Positions 1 through 10,031 of a stretch of DNA of 64,000 nucleotides are shown here, in pieces. Both the position numbers and the translations under genes were made by a program. The number at the start of each line of letters is the position of its first letter. Within the stretch, counting starts at the first letter, position 1. The notes below the pieces were generated by a model. That model was not told the DNA's origin, did no database searches, and saw only the letters and a list, made by a program, of their open reading frames with translations. Origin of the DNA: an uncultured Actinomycetes bacterium (GTDB taxonomy: Bacteria; Actinomycetota; Actinomycetes; S36-B12; UBA10799); NCBI GenBank assembly GCA_946803585.1, contig CAMPEQ010000008.1:141786-205785 (forward strand). The letters run 5' to 3'.

Positions 1-2054
1 ATCGTCTGCAAGGTCGCGTCGGTCGCGACAACGTAGGCAGGAACCTGATGCTCGCGGCCCTTCGACTGCTGTTGTGCCTGCTGCAGGCGCCACCGCATGA
101 GCTCCGCTAAGAGCTCCTCGTTGACATCACTTGGACACCGCCGGCAGCGTCCGATTGACCGTTCTGGGGCAGTGACCAGTCCCTTCCCACATATCCGACA
201 GGCGGCAGGTTTGCGCTTTCGACGAGCGGAGTCCTTGACCGCCCTACTTACATCTTCTGTCGTACCGGAATCGCCTGAGCGACCAATCGTCGCAAGGAAT
301 CTCGACGGCTTCCTTGACCGGCCTCCTGGTAGCCGCGCGAGGGCCCATGACAGGTTCAAGTAATGCCTCGCGCGAGTCACACCGACGTAGAGCAATCGTC
401 GCTCCTCTTCGATTTGAGCTGGGGTGGTGGCGTGACTCATCGGCAAGACGCCATCAACAAGCCCCACGAGGAACACCGCGTCCCACTCCATTCCCTTTGC
501 CGCGTGCAGCGATGCGAGGGTGATGCCATCAACGCTCGGCGCATCTTGGGCCTCCTCACGGCGAGCGATCTCGCTGACGATCTCCTTAATGCCTCCGCCC
601 GGGTTCGATGCCACGACTTCATCGCACAGCGACACCAACGCCGACAATGACTCCCATGCCTCACGAACGGCTCCGGTGTCACTAGGTGGGCTCGCTGTCC
701 ACCCCACCGATCCCAGCAGTGCTCGAATCAGTGAACGGGGGTCCTCCGGTTGCTGGTCGGCGGCCACTGATGCGCGCGCGGCACCTCGGAGCAGACTCAC
801 ACCCCGGCGAACCTCAGGGCGTTCGAAGAAGCGCCGCCCACCTCTGATTGAGTAGGGAATCCCGGCATCGGCCAGGGCCGATTCGAACTGCTCAGTCACC
901 GCGTTGATTCGAACGAGGATGGCAATCTCGCGGGCAGAAACGCCCTTGGCTATCAGCTTCTCGATATCCGCGACGACGGCAGCAGCCTCGGCGGGCTCAT
1001 CGGGTAGTTGACGAATGCTCGGAGTTGGTCCGTCCGCTGTTTGGGACCGGAGCGCACTGCGATGCGCCTTTGTCGTTGCCAGGAGTTGAGCACTGGCCAC
1101 CCCTGAACCGATGACGTTCTCGGCAACCGCCACAATCTGCGGTGTACACCGGTAGCACCGGTTGAGTGCCACGACAGTCGGATCGTCGTAGCGCTTAGCG
1201 AACTGCAGGAGATGGCTCGGGTCAGCACCGGCAAAGCTGTAGATCGTTTGGGATACATCTCCGACCACGCAGACATCGTCGCGGTCCCCTAACCACACAT
1301 CAAGGAGTCGTTGTTGAATGGTCGAGACGTCCTGGAACTCATCCACGGTGAAGTGAGCGAATGACTTACGCACTTCACGACGCAGTTGTTCGTTCTCTTC
1401 CAATATCGCAACCGTGAGAAGCAGGACATCTTCAAAATCGATCCGCTGTGCTTGTCGCTTCGCGAGCTCGTAGGCTGCGTAGACATCACCGGCCTGTTCC
1501 ACCGAAAGCCCGGCCGGACTACGGCGGCCATACATCAGCGCACCCTGCGGATACTGGTCTGGTCCGAGCCCCACCACCTTCGCCCACTCAATTTCGGTAG
1601 CGAGATCACGGATAGTGGCGGGATCGGTGGGTACTCGCCGATTGGCTGCCGCCGTCGAGATCAGCCCCGACTTGGAGCCGATCACTTCATGCATCTGGCC
1701 GCCAATGGCCTTGGGCCACGCCCAACGCAGTTGGCGCAGCGCAGCTGAGTGGAATGTTCGCACCCGAACGCCGGGGACACCGAGCCCAGCGAGCCGGGTC
1801 GCCATCTCACCCGCGGCACGATTTGTGAATGTCACCGCAAGCGTCCGAGCCGGATCGTGACGTTGGGTCGCGGTTGCATAGGCAATTCGATGAGTGATCG
1901 CTCGCGTCTTACCCGTACCCGCACCGGCCATCACGACAACAGGGCCCGAGATCGCCTCCGCAACTGCCCGCTGCTCTGGATCTAGCCCCTCCAGTAATTC
2001 AGCGGGGTCAGCCACCGACTCAGCACGCGCACTGGTGGGCTGTTGAGGGGACAT
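1..2054 (-). CDS. uvrD2: ATP-dependent DNA helicase, UvrD/PcrA superfamily 1 (UvrD2-like); C-terminal end lies beyond the window start
   Basis: Missing from the ORF track because it has no stop inside the window. The reverse-strand ATG at 2054..2052 opens MSPQQPTSARAESVADPAELLEGLDPEQRAVAEAISGPVVVMAGAGTGKTRAITHRIAY (helicase motif I, GAGTGKT). The same frame reads ATIRDLATEIEWAKVVGLG near 1560-1620. At 1-200 it reads CRICGKGLVTAPERSIGRCRRCPSDV (4-Cys module), then VPAYVVATDATLQTI (start of an HRDC-like domain). Confidence 0.9.
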   Translation of the reverse strand, partial: MSPQQPTSARAESVADPAELLEGLDPEQRAVAEAISGPVVVMAGAGTGKTRAITHRIAYATATQRHDPARTLAVTFTNRAAGEMATRLAGLGVPGVRVRTFHSAALRQLRWAWPKAIGGQMHEVIGSKSGLISTAAANRRVPTDPATIRDLATEIEWAKVVGLGPDQYPQGALMYGRRSPAGLSVEQAGDVYAAYELAKRQAQRIDFEDVLLLTVAILEENEQLRREVRKSFAHFTVDEFQDVSTIQQRLLDVWLGDRDDVCVVGDVSQTIYSFAGADPSHLLQFAKRYDDPTVVALNRCYRCTPQIVAVAENVIGSGVASAQLLATTKAHRSALRSQTADGPTPSIRQLPDEPAEAAAVVADIEKLIAKGVSAREIAILVRINAVTEQFESALADAGIPYSIRGGRRFFERPEVRRGVSLLRGAARASVAADQQPEDPRSLIRALLGSVGWTASPPSDTGAVREAWESLSALVSLCDEVVASNPGGGIKEIVSEIARREEAQDAPSVDGITLASLHAAKGMEWDAVFLVGLVDGVLPMSHATTPAQIEEERRLLYVGVTRARHYLNLSWALARLPGGRSRKPSRFLATIGRSGDSGTTEDVSRAVKDSARRKRKPAACRICGKGLVTAPERSIGRCRRCPSDVNEELLAELMRWRLQQAQQQSKGREHQVPAYVVATDATLQT

Positions 2055-2115
2055 TAGGAGGAGTTTGCCACTGGCACCATTGATCGCGCCCTCGACTTAG
2101 CCGAACCTGTGGAAG

Positions 2116-3054
2116 TCATCGCCGTGACCACGAGCCCGGGAGAGTAGATCCGAACCAATCTTCAATCAAATGGCGAGAGATTGATAGATGTGGTGGAACT
2201 GCGATGGCCCCACTGCGGCACTGCTCGGCTAGTTCATCACGAGTGAACCATCGGGCTTCGACGATCTCCTCGTCATCTGTCACCGGATCGTCCCCGGTAG
2301 CTGCACCGCCACGGAACCCGAGCATGATCGACGATGGGAACGGCCACGGCTGTGAGCCAAGGCAGACCACGGTGGCTGGGTCTACCACCACCCCGGCTTC
2401 CTCAGCTACCTCGCGAACCACCGCGCTCTCGGCGGACTCCCCCGGTTCGACAAAACCTGCCAAAGTCGAGAACCAGTGGGACGGCCATACGTCACGTCGG
2501 CCCAGCAGCGCTCGATCTAGCGGATCGGTAATCAACATAATGACCGCTGGATCAGTCCTGGGGTAATGCTCCGAACTGTCGCCGGGGCAACGCCGCACCC
2601 AGCCGGATCGAACCACCTCGGTGGGCTCTCCACAGCGCGAACACCGCGGATGTGTCCGATGCCAATTAGTCAGCGACTGCGTGGTCACGAACAACTCTGC
2701 GTCGAGCGCGGTGAGTTCCGAGCCCACCTCGCGCAGGGTGCGAAACTCCCCGCCGTCGTCACCTTCAGTCGGCTGCTCCTGCGCTAACCCGAAGTACGGA
2801 ACCCCTTCATGGAGTCCCAGGAAGAACACATTCGACGGAAGTTCCCCCGAATCACTGAGTGCGGGCCTCGCTAGTACGAGCCGGACCTCAGCGACGGTCC
2901 GGTCGATCTCTGCGGTCTCACCACATAAGGCGAGCACACGGGCGTTGTCGTCGCGCCAATAACGCCCAACGGCGCCATCGTCGCCACGCAAGTAATCGGC
3001 TCGATCAAGGACTGACGTTGCCAGCGGCAGTTGGCGCAATCGAGCCGTCCCCAC
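2116..3054 (-). CDS. nudC: NADH pyrophosphatase, Nudix hydrolase NudC
   Basis: 312-aa ORF. Nudix box GFVEPGESAESAVVREVAEEAGV, preceded by the zinc-ribbon-like CSRCGEPTEVVRSGWVRRCPGD. Adjacent to uvrD2, as in mycobacteria. Confidence 0.85.
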   Translation of the reverse strand: MGTARLRQLPLATSVLDRADYLRGDDGAVGRYWRDDNARVLALCGETAEIDRTVAEVRLVLARPALSDSGELPSNVFFLGLHEGVPYFGLAQEQPTEGDDGGEFRTLREVGSELTALDAELFVTTQSLTNWHRTHPRCSRCGEPTEVVRSGWVRRCPGDSSEHYPRTDPAVIMLITDPLDRALLGRRDVWPSHWFSTLAGFVEPGESAESAVVREVAEEAGVVVDPATVVCLGSQPWPFPSSIMLGFRGGAATGDDPVTDDEEIVEARWFTRDELAEQCRSGAIAVPPHLSISRHLIEDWFGSTLPGSWSRR

Positions 3055-3057
3055 GGG

Positions 3058-5844
3058 CTAGCGCGCTTTACCGTGGCAGCGCTTGTACTTGCGACCAGAA
3101 CCGCACGGACAATCGGCGTTGCGAGCAGTTCCGGCATAGTTGTTCTCTGCGCCGTCAGCGCTGGGGTTGGCAGCGGCAGCAGTCTTAGTCACGCTACCGT
3201 CGCCCTCTTCGCTCGGTGCGCTGTACTCGAGCACAGCTGGGCGTGAGGGGGCAAGCCCCTTGGCCTCAACCTGCGGGTGGTTCTTCTCGATCTGAGCGGC
3301 AGCCCCTACCTTGTTGGTGATCTTCTCGGGCTCACCCTCGAGCTCCTCATTGACACTCACATCGACGTTGAAGAGGTATCCGACGGACTCCTCCTTGATC
3401 GCCCCCATCATCCCCTGGAAGAGGTCGTAGCCCTCTTTCTGGTACTCGATGAGGGGATCACGCTGGGCCATCGCTCGTAGCCCGATGCCTTCTTGCAGGT
3501 AATCCATCTCATAGAGGTGCTCACGCCACTTGCGGTCGAGAACCGACAAGATGACACGTCGCTCGAGTTCACGAGTGACTTCCTCGCCGAGCGCTGCCTG
3601 ACGGTTGTCATAGGCCTGCTGGATGTCCTCTTGAATCTCTTCAACTAAGAACTCCGGACTCAAACCGGATCGACCCCCACCAGAACGCTTCTCAAGTTCC
3701 TCAACGCTCAGGTGGATTGGGTAAAACGTCTTGAGTTGAACCCACAGTTGATCGAGGTCCCACTCCTCCGGGAATCCTTCTGTCGTCGCTGCCTTGATAG
3801 CAGTCTCGGTCGCGTCATCCATGAATGTCCGAACCTCATCCTCGAGGTTCTCGCCTTCCAGAACGCGGTGACGTTCCTTGTAGATCACCAACCGCTGCCG
3901 GTTCATGACCTCGTCGTACTTGAGAACGTTCTTACGGATCTCGAAGTTCTGTGCCTCGACTTGGCCCTGCGCGCTCGCAATCGCTCGCGTCACCATCTTC
4001 GCCTCAATCGGGACGTCGTCTGGGACATTGAACCGGGCGAGGAAGGACTCGACCATCGCGGCATTGAATCGGCGCATTAGTTCGTCTTGGAGCGACAGGT
4101 AGAAGCGTGTCTCACCGGGGTCACCTTGCCGTCCCGAGCGACCACGCAGCTGGTTATCAATCCGACGGGACTCGTGGCGCTCGGTCCCGAGCACGTAGAG
4201 CCCGCCTAGCTCGGTGACTTCCTCATGCTCGGCTGCTACCGAGTCCTCGGCCTTTGCCAGCGCGCCGGGCCAGGCTGCCTCGTACTCATCGGGGGTCTCA
4301 ACCGGGGAAAGGCCCATCGCATGCAACTGCGCATTCGCCCGGAACTCCGGGTTACCTCCGAGCATAATGTCGGTACCGCGACCGGCCATGTTCGTAGCAA
4401 CCGTGACCGCGCCCTTACGACCAGCCTCCGCGACGATGGCAGCTTCGCGATCGTGGAACTTCGCGTTGAGGACCTCGTGTTTGACCCCCGCCTGACGCAG
4501 TAACTTGGCCAGCAGTTCCGACTTCTCGACACTCACGGTGCCGACCAAGACCGGCTGACCCTTCTCGTTACATTCGACAATGTCGTCGATGACAGCGGCG
4601 TACTTGGCTTCTTCAGTTCGATAGACCAGGTCCGGTTGATCGGCACGGATATTTGGTTTGTTCGTCGGGATAGGAACCACACCGAGCTTGTAGATCTGAC
4701 TGAACTCAGCGGCCTCTGTCATGGCCGTTCCGGTCATTCCACCAAGCTTGTCGTAAAGACGGAAGAAGTTCTGCAGGGTGATTGTCGCTAGCGTCTGGTT
4801 CTCCGCTTGGACGACAACGCCTTCTTTGGCCTCGATCGCTTGATGGAGTCCCTCGTTGTAGCGGCGGCCAGAGAGGATTCGACCGGTGTGCTCATCAACG
4901 ATGAGAATCTCGCCATCAATGATGACGTAGTCCTTGTCCTTCTTGAATAGTTCCTTGGCCTTAAGCGCGTTGTTCAGGTATCCAACGAGCGGGGTATTGA
5001 CGGCCTCGTAGAGACTGTCCATCCCAAGCCAGTCTTCGGTCTTGTCAACGCCTGGCTCCAGAATGCCGACGGTCCGCTTCTTCTCGTCGATCTCGTAGTC
5101 CTCATCGATTGTGAGGCGGCGAACGAGTTTGGCAAAGTCGCCATACCACTTCGGCTGCTCATCGCTAGGCCCAGAGATGATCAAGGGCGTACGCGCCTCA
5201 TCGATCAGGATCGAGTCGACCTCATCGACGATGGCGAAGTTGTGCCCGCGCTGGACCATCTCATCCTTGGACCACGCCATATTGTCGCGCAGGTAATCGA
5301 ACCCGAACTCGTTGTTAGTGCCGTACGTAATGTCGTATCCGTAGGCAACCTTGCGCTGTGCGGGCGTCATCGGCGACAGAATGCAGCCCACTGAGAGGCC
5401 TAGGAAGCGGTGAACCCGCCCCATCCACTCGGAGTCACGCTCGGCTAGGTAGTCGTTGACCGTGACGATATGGACGCCATCACCGGAAAGCGCATTCAAA
5501 TAGGCGGGCAGCGTCGAGACCAGGGTCTTGCCTTCACCGGTCTTCATCTCAGCGATATTGCCCAGATGTAGCGCCGCACCACCCATGATCTGTACGTCGT
5601 AGTGCCGTTGGCCCAGGGTGCGCAAACTGGCCTCTCGGACAGTGGCGAACGCCTCGGGCAGCAGATCGTCGAGAGTCTCGCCCTGCTGGTAGCGCTCCTT
5701 GTATTGCGCAGTCAGCGCTTGCAGTTCCGCATCACTGAGATCCTTGAAGTCTTCCTCAAGAGCATTCACCTGCTCACTTAGGCTCTTTAGCTTCTTGAGG
5801 ATCTTTCCCTCACCGGCTCGCATCAATTTGTCGAAGAGTTGCAC
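3058..5844 (-). CDS. secA: Preprotein translocase ATPase SecA
   Basis: 928-aa ORF. Contains [27 protein letters not shown] and [10 protein letters not shown] motifs and the C-terminal zinc tail [14 protein letters not shown]. Confidence 0.97.
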   Translation of the reverse strand: MQLFDKLMRAGEGKILKKLKSLSEQVNALEEDFKDLSDAELQALTAQYKERYQQGETLDDLLPEAFATVREASLRTLGQRHYDVQIMGGAALHLGNIAEMKTGEGKTLVSTLPAYLNALSGDGVHIVTVNDYLAERDSEWMGRVHRFLGLSVGCILSPMTPAQRKVAYGYDITYGTNNEFGFDYLRDNMAWSKDEMVQRGHNFAIVDEVDSILIDEARTPLIISGPSDEQPKWYGDFAKLVRRLTIDEDYEIDEKKRTVGILEPGVDKTEDWLGMDSLYEAVNTPLVGYLNNALKAKELFKKDKDYVIIDGEILIVDEHTGRILSGRRYNEGLHQAIEAKEGVVVQAENQTLATITLQNFFRLYDKLGGMTGTAMTEAAEFSQIYKLGVVPIPTNKPNIRADQPDLVYRTEEAKYAAVIDDIVECNEKGQPVLVGTVSVEKSELLAKLLRQAGVKHEVLNAKFHDREAAIVAEAGRKGAVTVATNMAGRGTDIMLGGNPEFRANAQLHAMGLSPVETPDEYEAAWPGALAKAEDSVAAEHEEVTELGGLYVLGTERHESRRIDNQLRGRSGRQGDPGETRFYLSLQDELMRRFNAAMVESFLARFNVPDDVPIEAKMVTRAIASAQGQVEAQNFEIRKNVLKYDEVMNRQRLVIYKERHRVLEGENLEDEVRTFMDDATETAIKAATTEGFPEEWDLDQLWVQLKTFYPIHLSVEELEKRSGGGRSGLSPEFLVEEIQEDIQQAYDNRQAALGEEVTRELERRVILSVLDRKWREHLYEMDYLQEGIGLRAMAQRDPLIEYQKEGYDLFQGMMGAIKEESVGYLFNVDVSVNEELEGEPEKITNKVGAAAQIEKNHPQVEAKGLAPSRPAVLEYSAPSEEGDGSVTKTAAAANPSADGAENNYAGTARNADCPCGSGRKYKRCHGKAR

Positions 5845-5982
5845 CTAGGCATCGTACGCGCAATAGGTCTCACCGGTCTCCTCAGCGCTGGGGATAGCCA
5901 ACTCCCGGCGAGATTGATCGGACCTTGATCACAAATATGGCCTGAAACTTTTCCAGAATGCCTAGCCGGACCCCTCGCGATC

Positions 5983-6318
5983 GTGCATTCTGGGACGATG
6001 GGGACTCACGCACCATTGGCAATCGCAGAGATCGCCGCAGGGGGAATGCAGTTACAACCGGTGGATGATGCGTCATATCCCGGTGCCGTTGCGGCGCTTG
6101 GGAGCCACGTAAAACAGGCAATGGCAACCTGGGTTGCTCGCGACGCGATCACAGCGGCTCCGCGGGCGTATGTGTCGCTAGTCGGAACGGATCCTGCGGA
6201 TCGATCGGCGCGGATAGTCTCGGCCCTCGGGATTGTCGGCACCCCATCGGACGCTCGAACCGCCGAAGCAGTTGTTCGTCGCTATGCCGCAGAGGCCCTG
6301 GGGATCTCTACCTCCTGA
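5983..6318 (+). CDS. Hypothetical protein (weak call)
   Basis: 111-aa ORF with a GTG start in the 510-bp gap between secA and the LuxR regulator. My hand count of third-position GC is about 59%, lower than in neighbouring genes. No recognisable motif. Confidence 0.25.
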   Translation: MHSGTMGTHAPLAIAEIAAGGMQLQPVDDASYPGAVAALGSHVKQAMATWVARDAITAAPRAYVSLVGTDPADRSARIVSALGIVGTPSDARTAEAVVRRYAAEALGISTS

Positions 6319-6354
6319 AGCTCCTCAAGCAAGCCCGCCTAGTGGTTGGCGTAG

Positions 6355-7017
6355 CTAGCGAAGTCCCAGCAGCCCCTCACGGGCAGCCTTAACAACTGCC
6401 TCAGTACGGGTCTTTACGCCGAGTTTCTCGTGCACGCTTCGCATGTGGTTCTTGACGGTGTTCTCGCTGATATGAAGCTGATTGGCCACTTCCCGGTTAG
6501 GGAGGCCATCAGCCACTAGTTCCAGCACCTGCATCTCACGACGGGTTAGCCCACCGGCAGAGCCCGCGTCCACCCGACGAGCTGTCACGGACAGTTCCTT
6601 GAGGAGCCGTGTTGCCATGTAGGCGTCCAAGGACTGCTGCCCGCCGAGGACTTGCCTCACTGCTAACACGACTTCCTCGAGAGTCGCGAATCGACTGGCG
6701 AGGGCGGACACATTGAGCCGAACGAGATCGTAGGGCTCAATCGAGCCATGGGGATCAACCAGCACGACGATTCGGCAATCCGGGTCTGCTTGGGCAATCA
6801 ACTTGACCGGATCGACGCTGAACTGGTTACCCACGGTGGTCCCGACGACAGCCAGGCGAGGCTGGTAGTCGGCCATCTCGGCAGCGAGTAGTTCTTGGCG
6901 AGCCGATGCTTGATAGACAGGAATACCGATCTCATCACGCAGTAGCGATGCCACTCCCCGCGCTAACAGGGGTTGGTGGTCGACGATGAGCACGCCGGTG
7001 CGCGAAGGATCAAACAT
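6355..7017 (-). CDS. LuxR/NarL-family response regulator with an atypical (aspartate-less) receiver domain
   Basis: 220 aa. C-terminal LuxR HTH: LTRREMQVLELVADGLPNREVANQLHISENTVKNHMRSVHEKLGV. The N-terminal receiver-like fold (VLIVDHQPLLARGV..RIVVLV) has RLAVVGTTVG where NarL has the phospho-acceptor DLILLDLNMP. Confidence 0.85.
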   Translation of the reverse strand: MFDPSRTGVLIVDHQPLLARGVASLLRDEIGIPVYQASARQELLAAEMADYQPRLAVVGTTVGNQFSVDPVKLIAQADPDCRIVVLVDPHGSIEPYDLVRLNVSALASRFATLEEVVLAVRQVLGGQQSLDAYMATRLLKELSVTARRVDAGSAGGLTRREMQVLELVADGLPNREVANQLHISENTVKNHMRSVHEKLGVKTRTEAVVKAAREGLLGLR

Positions 7018-7044
7018 GATCGTCGTCCCCGCGCACCGTGGACC

Positions 7045-7710
7045 CTAGCCTTGCTGGCCGGTATCGATTCTGATCAGGCCGTAGTCGTAGCCGCGGCGGC
7101 GGTAAACAACTGCGGGACCACCAGACTCCTCATCCTCGAACAAGAAGAAGTCGTGCCCTACCAACTCCATCTCAGTGACGGCTTGCTCGATGCTCATCGG
7201 GATCGTCGGGTGGGTCTTATCGCGAACAACGACCGGCCCCTTCGAGAAAACCTCGTCAGCGTCGGCTTGATACTTGTCGGCAAGTTCATCGGCGGACGCA
7301 GACTCCTTACTTGCCTCGGCAGTATCGCCATCGAGACCAAGCCCAGCAGCTAGGTCTGCTCCGTCAGGAACTGACTTACTGCGATGTAGCCCGCCCTTGA
7401 CGATCTTCGACCGATCATGCGCCCGGCGCAGTTGCTGCTCAAGGCGCCCAATCGCTAGGTCTAGGGCGCTGTACTCGTCAGGCGCATTAGCTTCTGCTCG
7501 AATCACCGGGCCCTTACCTCGACAGGTCAGCTCGACCTGAAAGGCGCGATCGGCTAGCCGCGGATTCGACTCCTTGGAAACCTCAAGATCAATCCGCTGT
7601 ATCTGCACCCCGAATCGGTCAATCCGACTCAGCTTGTCCTCCGTCAACTCCTGGAACTTGGACGAAACATCGGCATTGCGACCTCGAACAACGAGCTCCA
7701 ACTCAGTCAT
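7045..7710 (-). CDS. hpf: Ribosome hibernation promoting factor, long form (HPF/RaiA)
   Basis: 221 aa. N-terminal S30AE domain (ELVVRGRNADVSSKFQELTEDKLSRIDRF...). C-terminal dimerisation domain (PMSIEQAVTEMELVGHDFFLFEDEESGGPAVVYRRRGYDYGLI). Confidence 0.93.
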   Translation of the reverse strand: MTELELVVRGRNADVSSKFQELTEDKLSRIDRFGVQIQRIDLEVSKESNPRLADRAFQVELTCRGKGPVIRAEANAPDEYSALDLAIGRLEQQLRRAHDRSKIVKGGLHRSKSVPDGADLAAGLGLDGDTAEASKESASADELADKYQADADEVFSKGPVVVRDKTHPTIPMSIEQAVTEMELVGHDFFLFEDEESGGPAVVYRRRGYDYGLIRIDTGQQG

Positions 7711-7972
7711 TTCAGTTCCCTTCAGTTCAGGCAGCGCGACGTGACGCGCAGCGTAGGCACCCGCTCGGCCGACCTGGTCTTCGACCCCACACCTGCCTGC
7801 AGTGAATGTCGCGGGTCTCCCCGTCGTTCATCCAACTCTCGTGATCACTAACCATCCTAGTCAGTGGCGAGGCAGGACTTACTTCTAAGCCGCACCGTGA
7901 TCAGTAGCTCGCCAGAAACGACGAGATACCTTACGTGGACCGTTTTGCCTGCGACTGGCATCGGCTAACCGT

Positions 7973-7994
7973 GCATCACTCCTGCAAGTGATGC
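7973..7994. other. Small perfect hairpin in the comF-hpf gap
   Basis: GCATCACT (7973-7980), CCTGCA loop, AGTGATGC (7987-7994). It lies about 130 nt downstream of the comF stop and about 265 nt upstream of the hpf start. Confidence 0.25.
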
Positions 7995-8123
7995 CCAGCG
8001 CAACCACGGACCCGGGCGGGTACCAGGTACAACGCTACCGCCTTTGTCCGTCGCGGCGAGCACCCACTCACCCGCCTGGGATCAAATAACTCTCGAGCTC
8101 GACAGTCGGTCAGCTCGTGAGGA

Positions 8124-8879
8124 TTACGGAGGTCGATATCTTGCCCCTTCTAGGGCCATTCGAGACAGCTCCCCTGCCTGATCCCGGTGCTCGCCAGGTA
8201 AGCGGTGGGCGATGACCGCGGCCGCGGTTGGAACCCGAGTCGCCGCGATCATCGCGGAGTCCGCGGCCCGGACACTTGCACCAGTAGTCATCACGTCGTC
8301 GAACAGAACCAGGCTCCCCTGCCCTGACCAGCGACCACCCACTCGATACTTGCCTGCGACATTCCGTTCGCGCTCGTCGCGGCGCAGGCCCTTCTGACTT
8401 GCACCTGAGGGACGCACCCGAAGCTGGTCTCCTACCGACACGCGCCGCCCACTTAGTCGCAGCTCCCGGGCAGCAGCGACCGCAATCGCGAGTACCAGAT
8501 CAGTTCCGGCCGCCGTTCTGGTCTGACGACCAGAATGCAGCGGAACAAGCGTGAGGCGATGAAGGACTCGGTGTTCTTGACCGGCGAAGGCCAAACTGTC
8601 AGCAACCAGCGCAGCCATCATTGACACTAACCTCGGATGACCGCTGCGCTTGGCCGCGAGCACGATGCGTTGTAGATCACCGTCGTAGCGTCCTGCGGCG
8701 AATACTGGCAGCGACGCCAGCCCGTCGGTCCGAGCCAGGGAATGGACCGGCATCCTTCGGCTAGCCGGAACGCCAACGTAGCGATCGCGGGTCTCACGTT
8801 CGCAAGCGCGACAAAGGACGGTCCCTTGCACATCACAAATGGCACAGGCTGAATCGAGGAATAGCTGCAGAATGCCCAT
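8124..8879 (-). CDS. ComF-family phosphoribosyltransferase-domain protein
   Basis: 251 aa. N-terminal Cys pairs CAICDVQGTVLCRAC. C-terminal PRTase motif LVLFDDVMTTGAS. Conserved position upstream of hpf-secA. Confidence 0.85.
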   Translation of the reverse strand: MGILQLFLDSACAICDVQGTVLCRACERETRDRYVGVPASRRMPVHSLARTDGLASLPVFAAGRYDGDLQRIVLAAKRSGHPRLVSMMAALVADSLAFAGQEHRVLHRLTLVPLHSGRQTRTAAGTDLVLAIAVAAARELRLSGRRVSVGDQLRVRPSGASQKGLRRDERERNVAGKYRVGGRWSGQGSLVLFDDVMTTGASVRAADSAMIAATRVPTAAAVIAHRLPGEHRDQAGELSRMALEGARYRPP

Positions 8880-8928
8880 GAGTCGATCGTGCTCGATGAA
8901 CTGAGTATCCGACGGGGCCTAGATACAA

Positions 8929-8966
8929 CTGTGGACATCCGCTGCTCTTGCGACGGATGTCCACAG
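8929..8966. promoter_or_regulatory. Perfect 13-bp inverted repeat in the comF/add divergent intergenic region
   Basis: CTGTGGACATCCG (8929-8941), a 12-nt spacer, then CGGATGTCCACAG (8954-8966). It lies 51 bp upstream of the add ATG. Confidence 0.4.
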
Positions 8967-9016
8967 CACACTCATTTGCCCGGTAAAGCCCGCGGCGGCC
9001 CGACATACTTGCTGGC

Positions 9017-9988
9017 ATGACGGAACAACCGACTGACCACCTGCGCGAGTTCGTGGTTTCGCTGCCCAAAGCTGAGCTACATCTACACATCGAGGGGACT
9101 CTCGAGCCAGAACTGATGCTCGCGCTCGCGGAACGCAATCGAATCGATCCTCCGTTCCCGACCGTGGCTCTCGCGAAGGCGGCATATGACTTCGGGAACC
9201 TCGACGACTTTTTGCGGCTCTATTACGCGGCGACAGACGTCCTTCGAACGGCAGCCGACTTCGAGGACCTGACCTGGGCCTATTTACGAAGGGCTCACGC
9301 GGATGGGGTCGTGCACGTCGAGCCCTTCTTCGATCCGCAGTCACATCTGTGCCGCGGCGTTGAGATGTCCGCAATCGTCGACGGAATCGTCACCGGACTA
9401 CGCAGAGGTGAGGCCGAACTCGGCATCAGTTGGCGACTAATCATGTGCTTTCTGCGTCATCTCAGTGAAGCTGAGGCATTCGAGACCTTAACCGCCGCCG
9501 AACCCTACTTGGACGTTATCCATGGTGTTGGCCTTGACTCGAGCGAGGCCAATAACCCTCCGAGCAAATTCGCCGCGGTCTTCGCAGCGGCCCGTGGACT
9601 CGGGCTGCGAGCCGTAGCCCACGCCGGAGAGGAAGGTCCGGCAGAGTACATCTGGGAAGCACTCGATCTACTCCTCGTTGAGCGCATCGATCACGGCATC
9701 CGCGCGATTGATGACCGTGCCCTGATGAAGCAGCTCGCAGAACGACGAATCCCCTTGAACCTATGTCCACTGTCAAACCAACGACTCCAGGTCGTGCCAG
9801 ACCTGACTGCCTATCCAGCAAGGCAGTTCATTGAAGCGGGGGTACCTATCACGATCAGCTCCGATGACCCTGCCTACTTCGGCGGCTACATCGCGGACAA
9901 CTATCTGGCTGCGGCCGCTGCAAATGGTCTCTCACGAGACGAACTCGCGGCCATCGCAGCAGACAGCCTGACCGCTAGTTGGCGCTAG
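9017..9988 (+). CDS. add: Adenosine/adenine deaminase family protein
   Basis: 323 aa. LPKAELHLHIEGTL metal-binding motif, HAGE and SSDDPAYFGG motifs of the adenosine deaminase superfamily. Confidence 0.9.
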   Translation: MTEQPTDHLREFVVSLPKAELHLHIEGTLEPELMLALAERNRIDPPFPTVALAKAAYDFGNLDDFLRLYYAATDVLRTAADFEDLTWAYLRRAHADGVVHVEPFFDPQSHLCRGVEMSAIVDGIVTGLRRGEAELGISWRLIMCFLRHLSEAEAFETLTAAEPYLDVIHGVGLDSSEANNPPSKFAAVFAAARGLGLRAVAHAGEEGPAEYIWEALDLLLVERIDHGIRAIDDRALMKQLAERRIPLNLCPLSNQRLQVVPDLTAYPARQFIEAGVPITISSDDPAYFGGYIADNYLAAAAANGLSRDELAAIAADSLTASWR

Positions 9989-10031
9989 CTCTCATCGGCC
10001 CTAAGGCCACTCGGGCTAGGACACCCCGGCA

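Noticed and set aside
2560-2660. NudC zinc-ribbon variant: CxxC followed by CPGD instead of a second CxxC.
   Set aside because: I cannot tell without an alignment whether this is normal for actinobacterial NudC. It is not reported as a finding.
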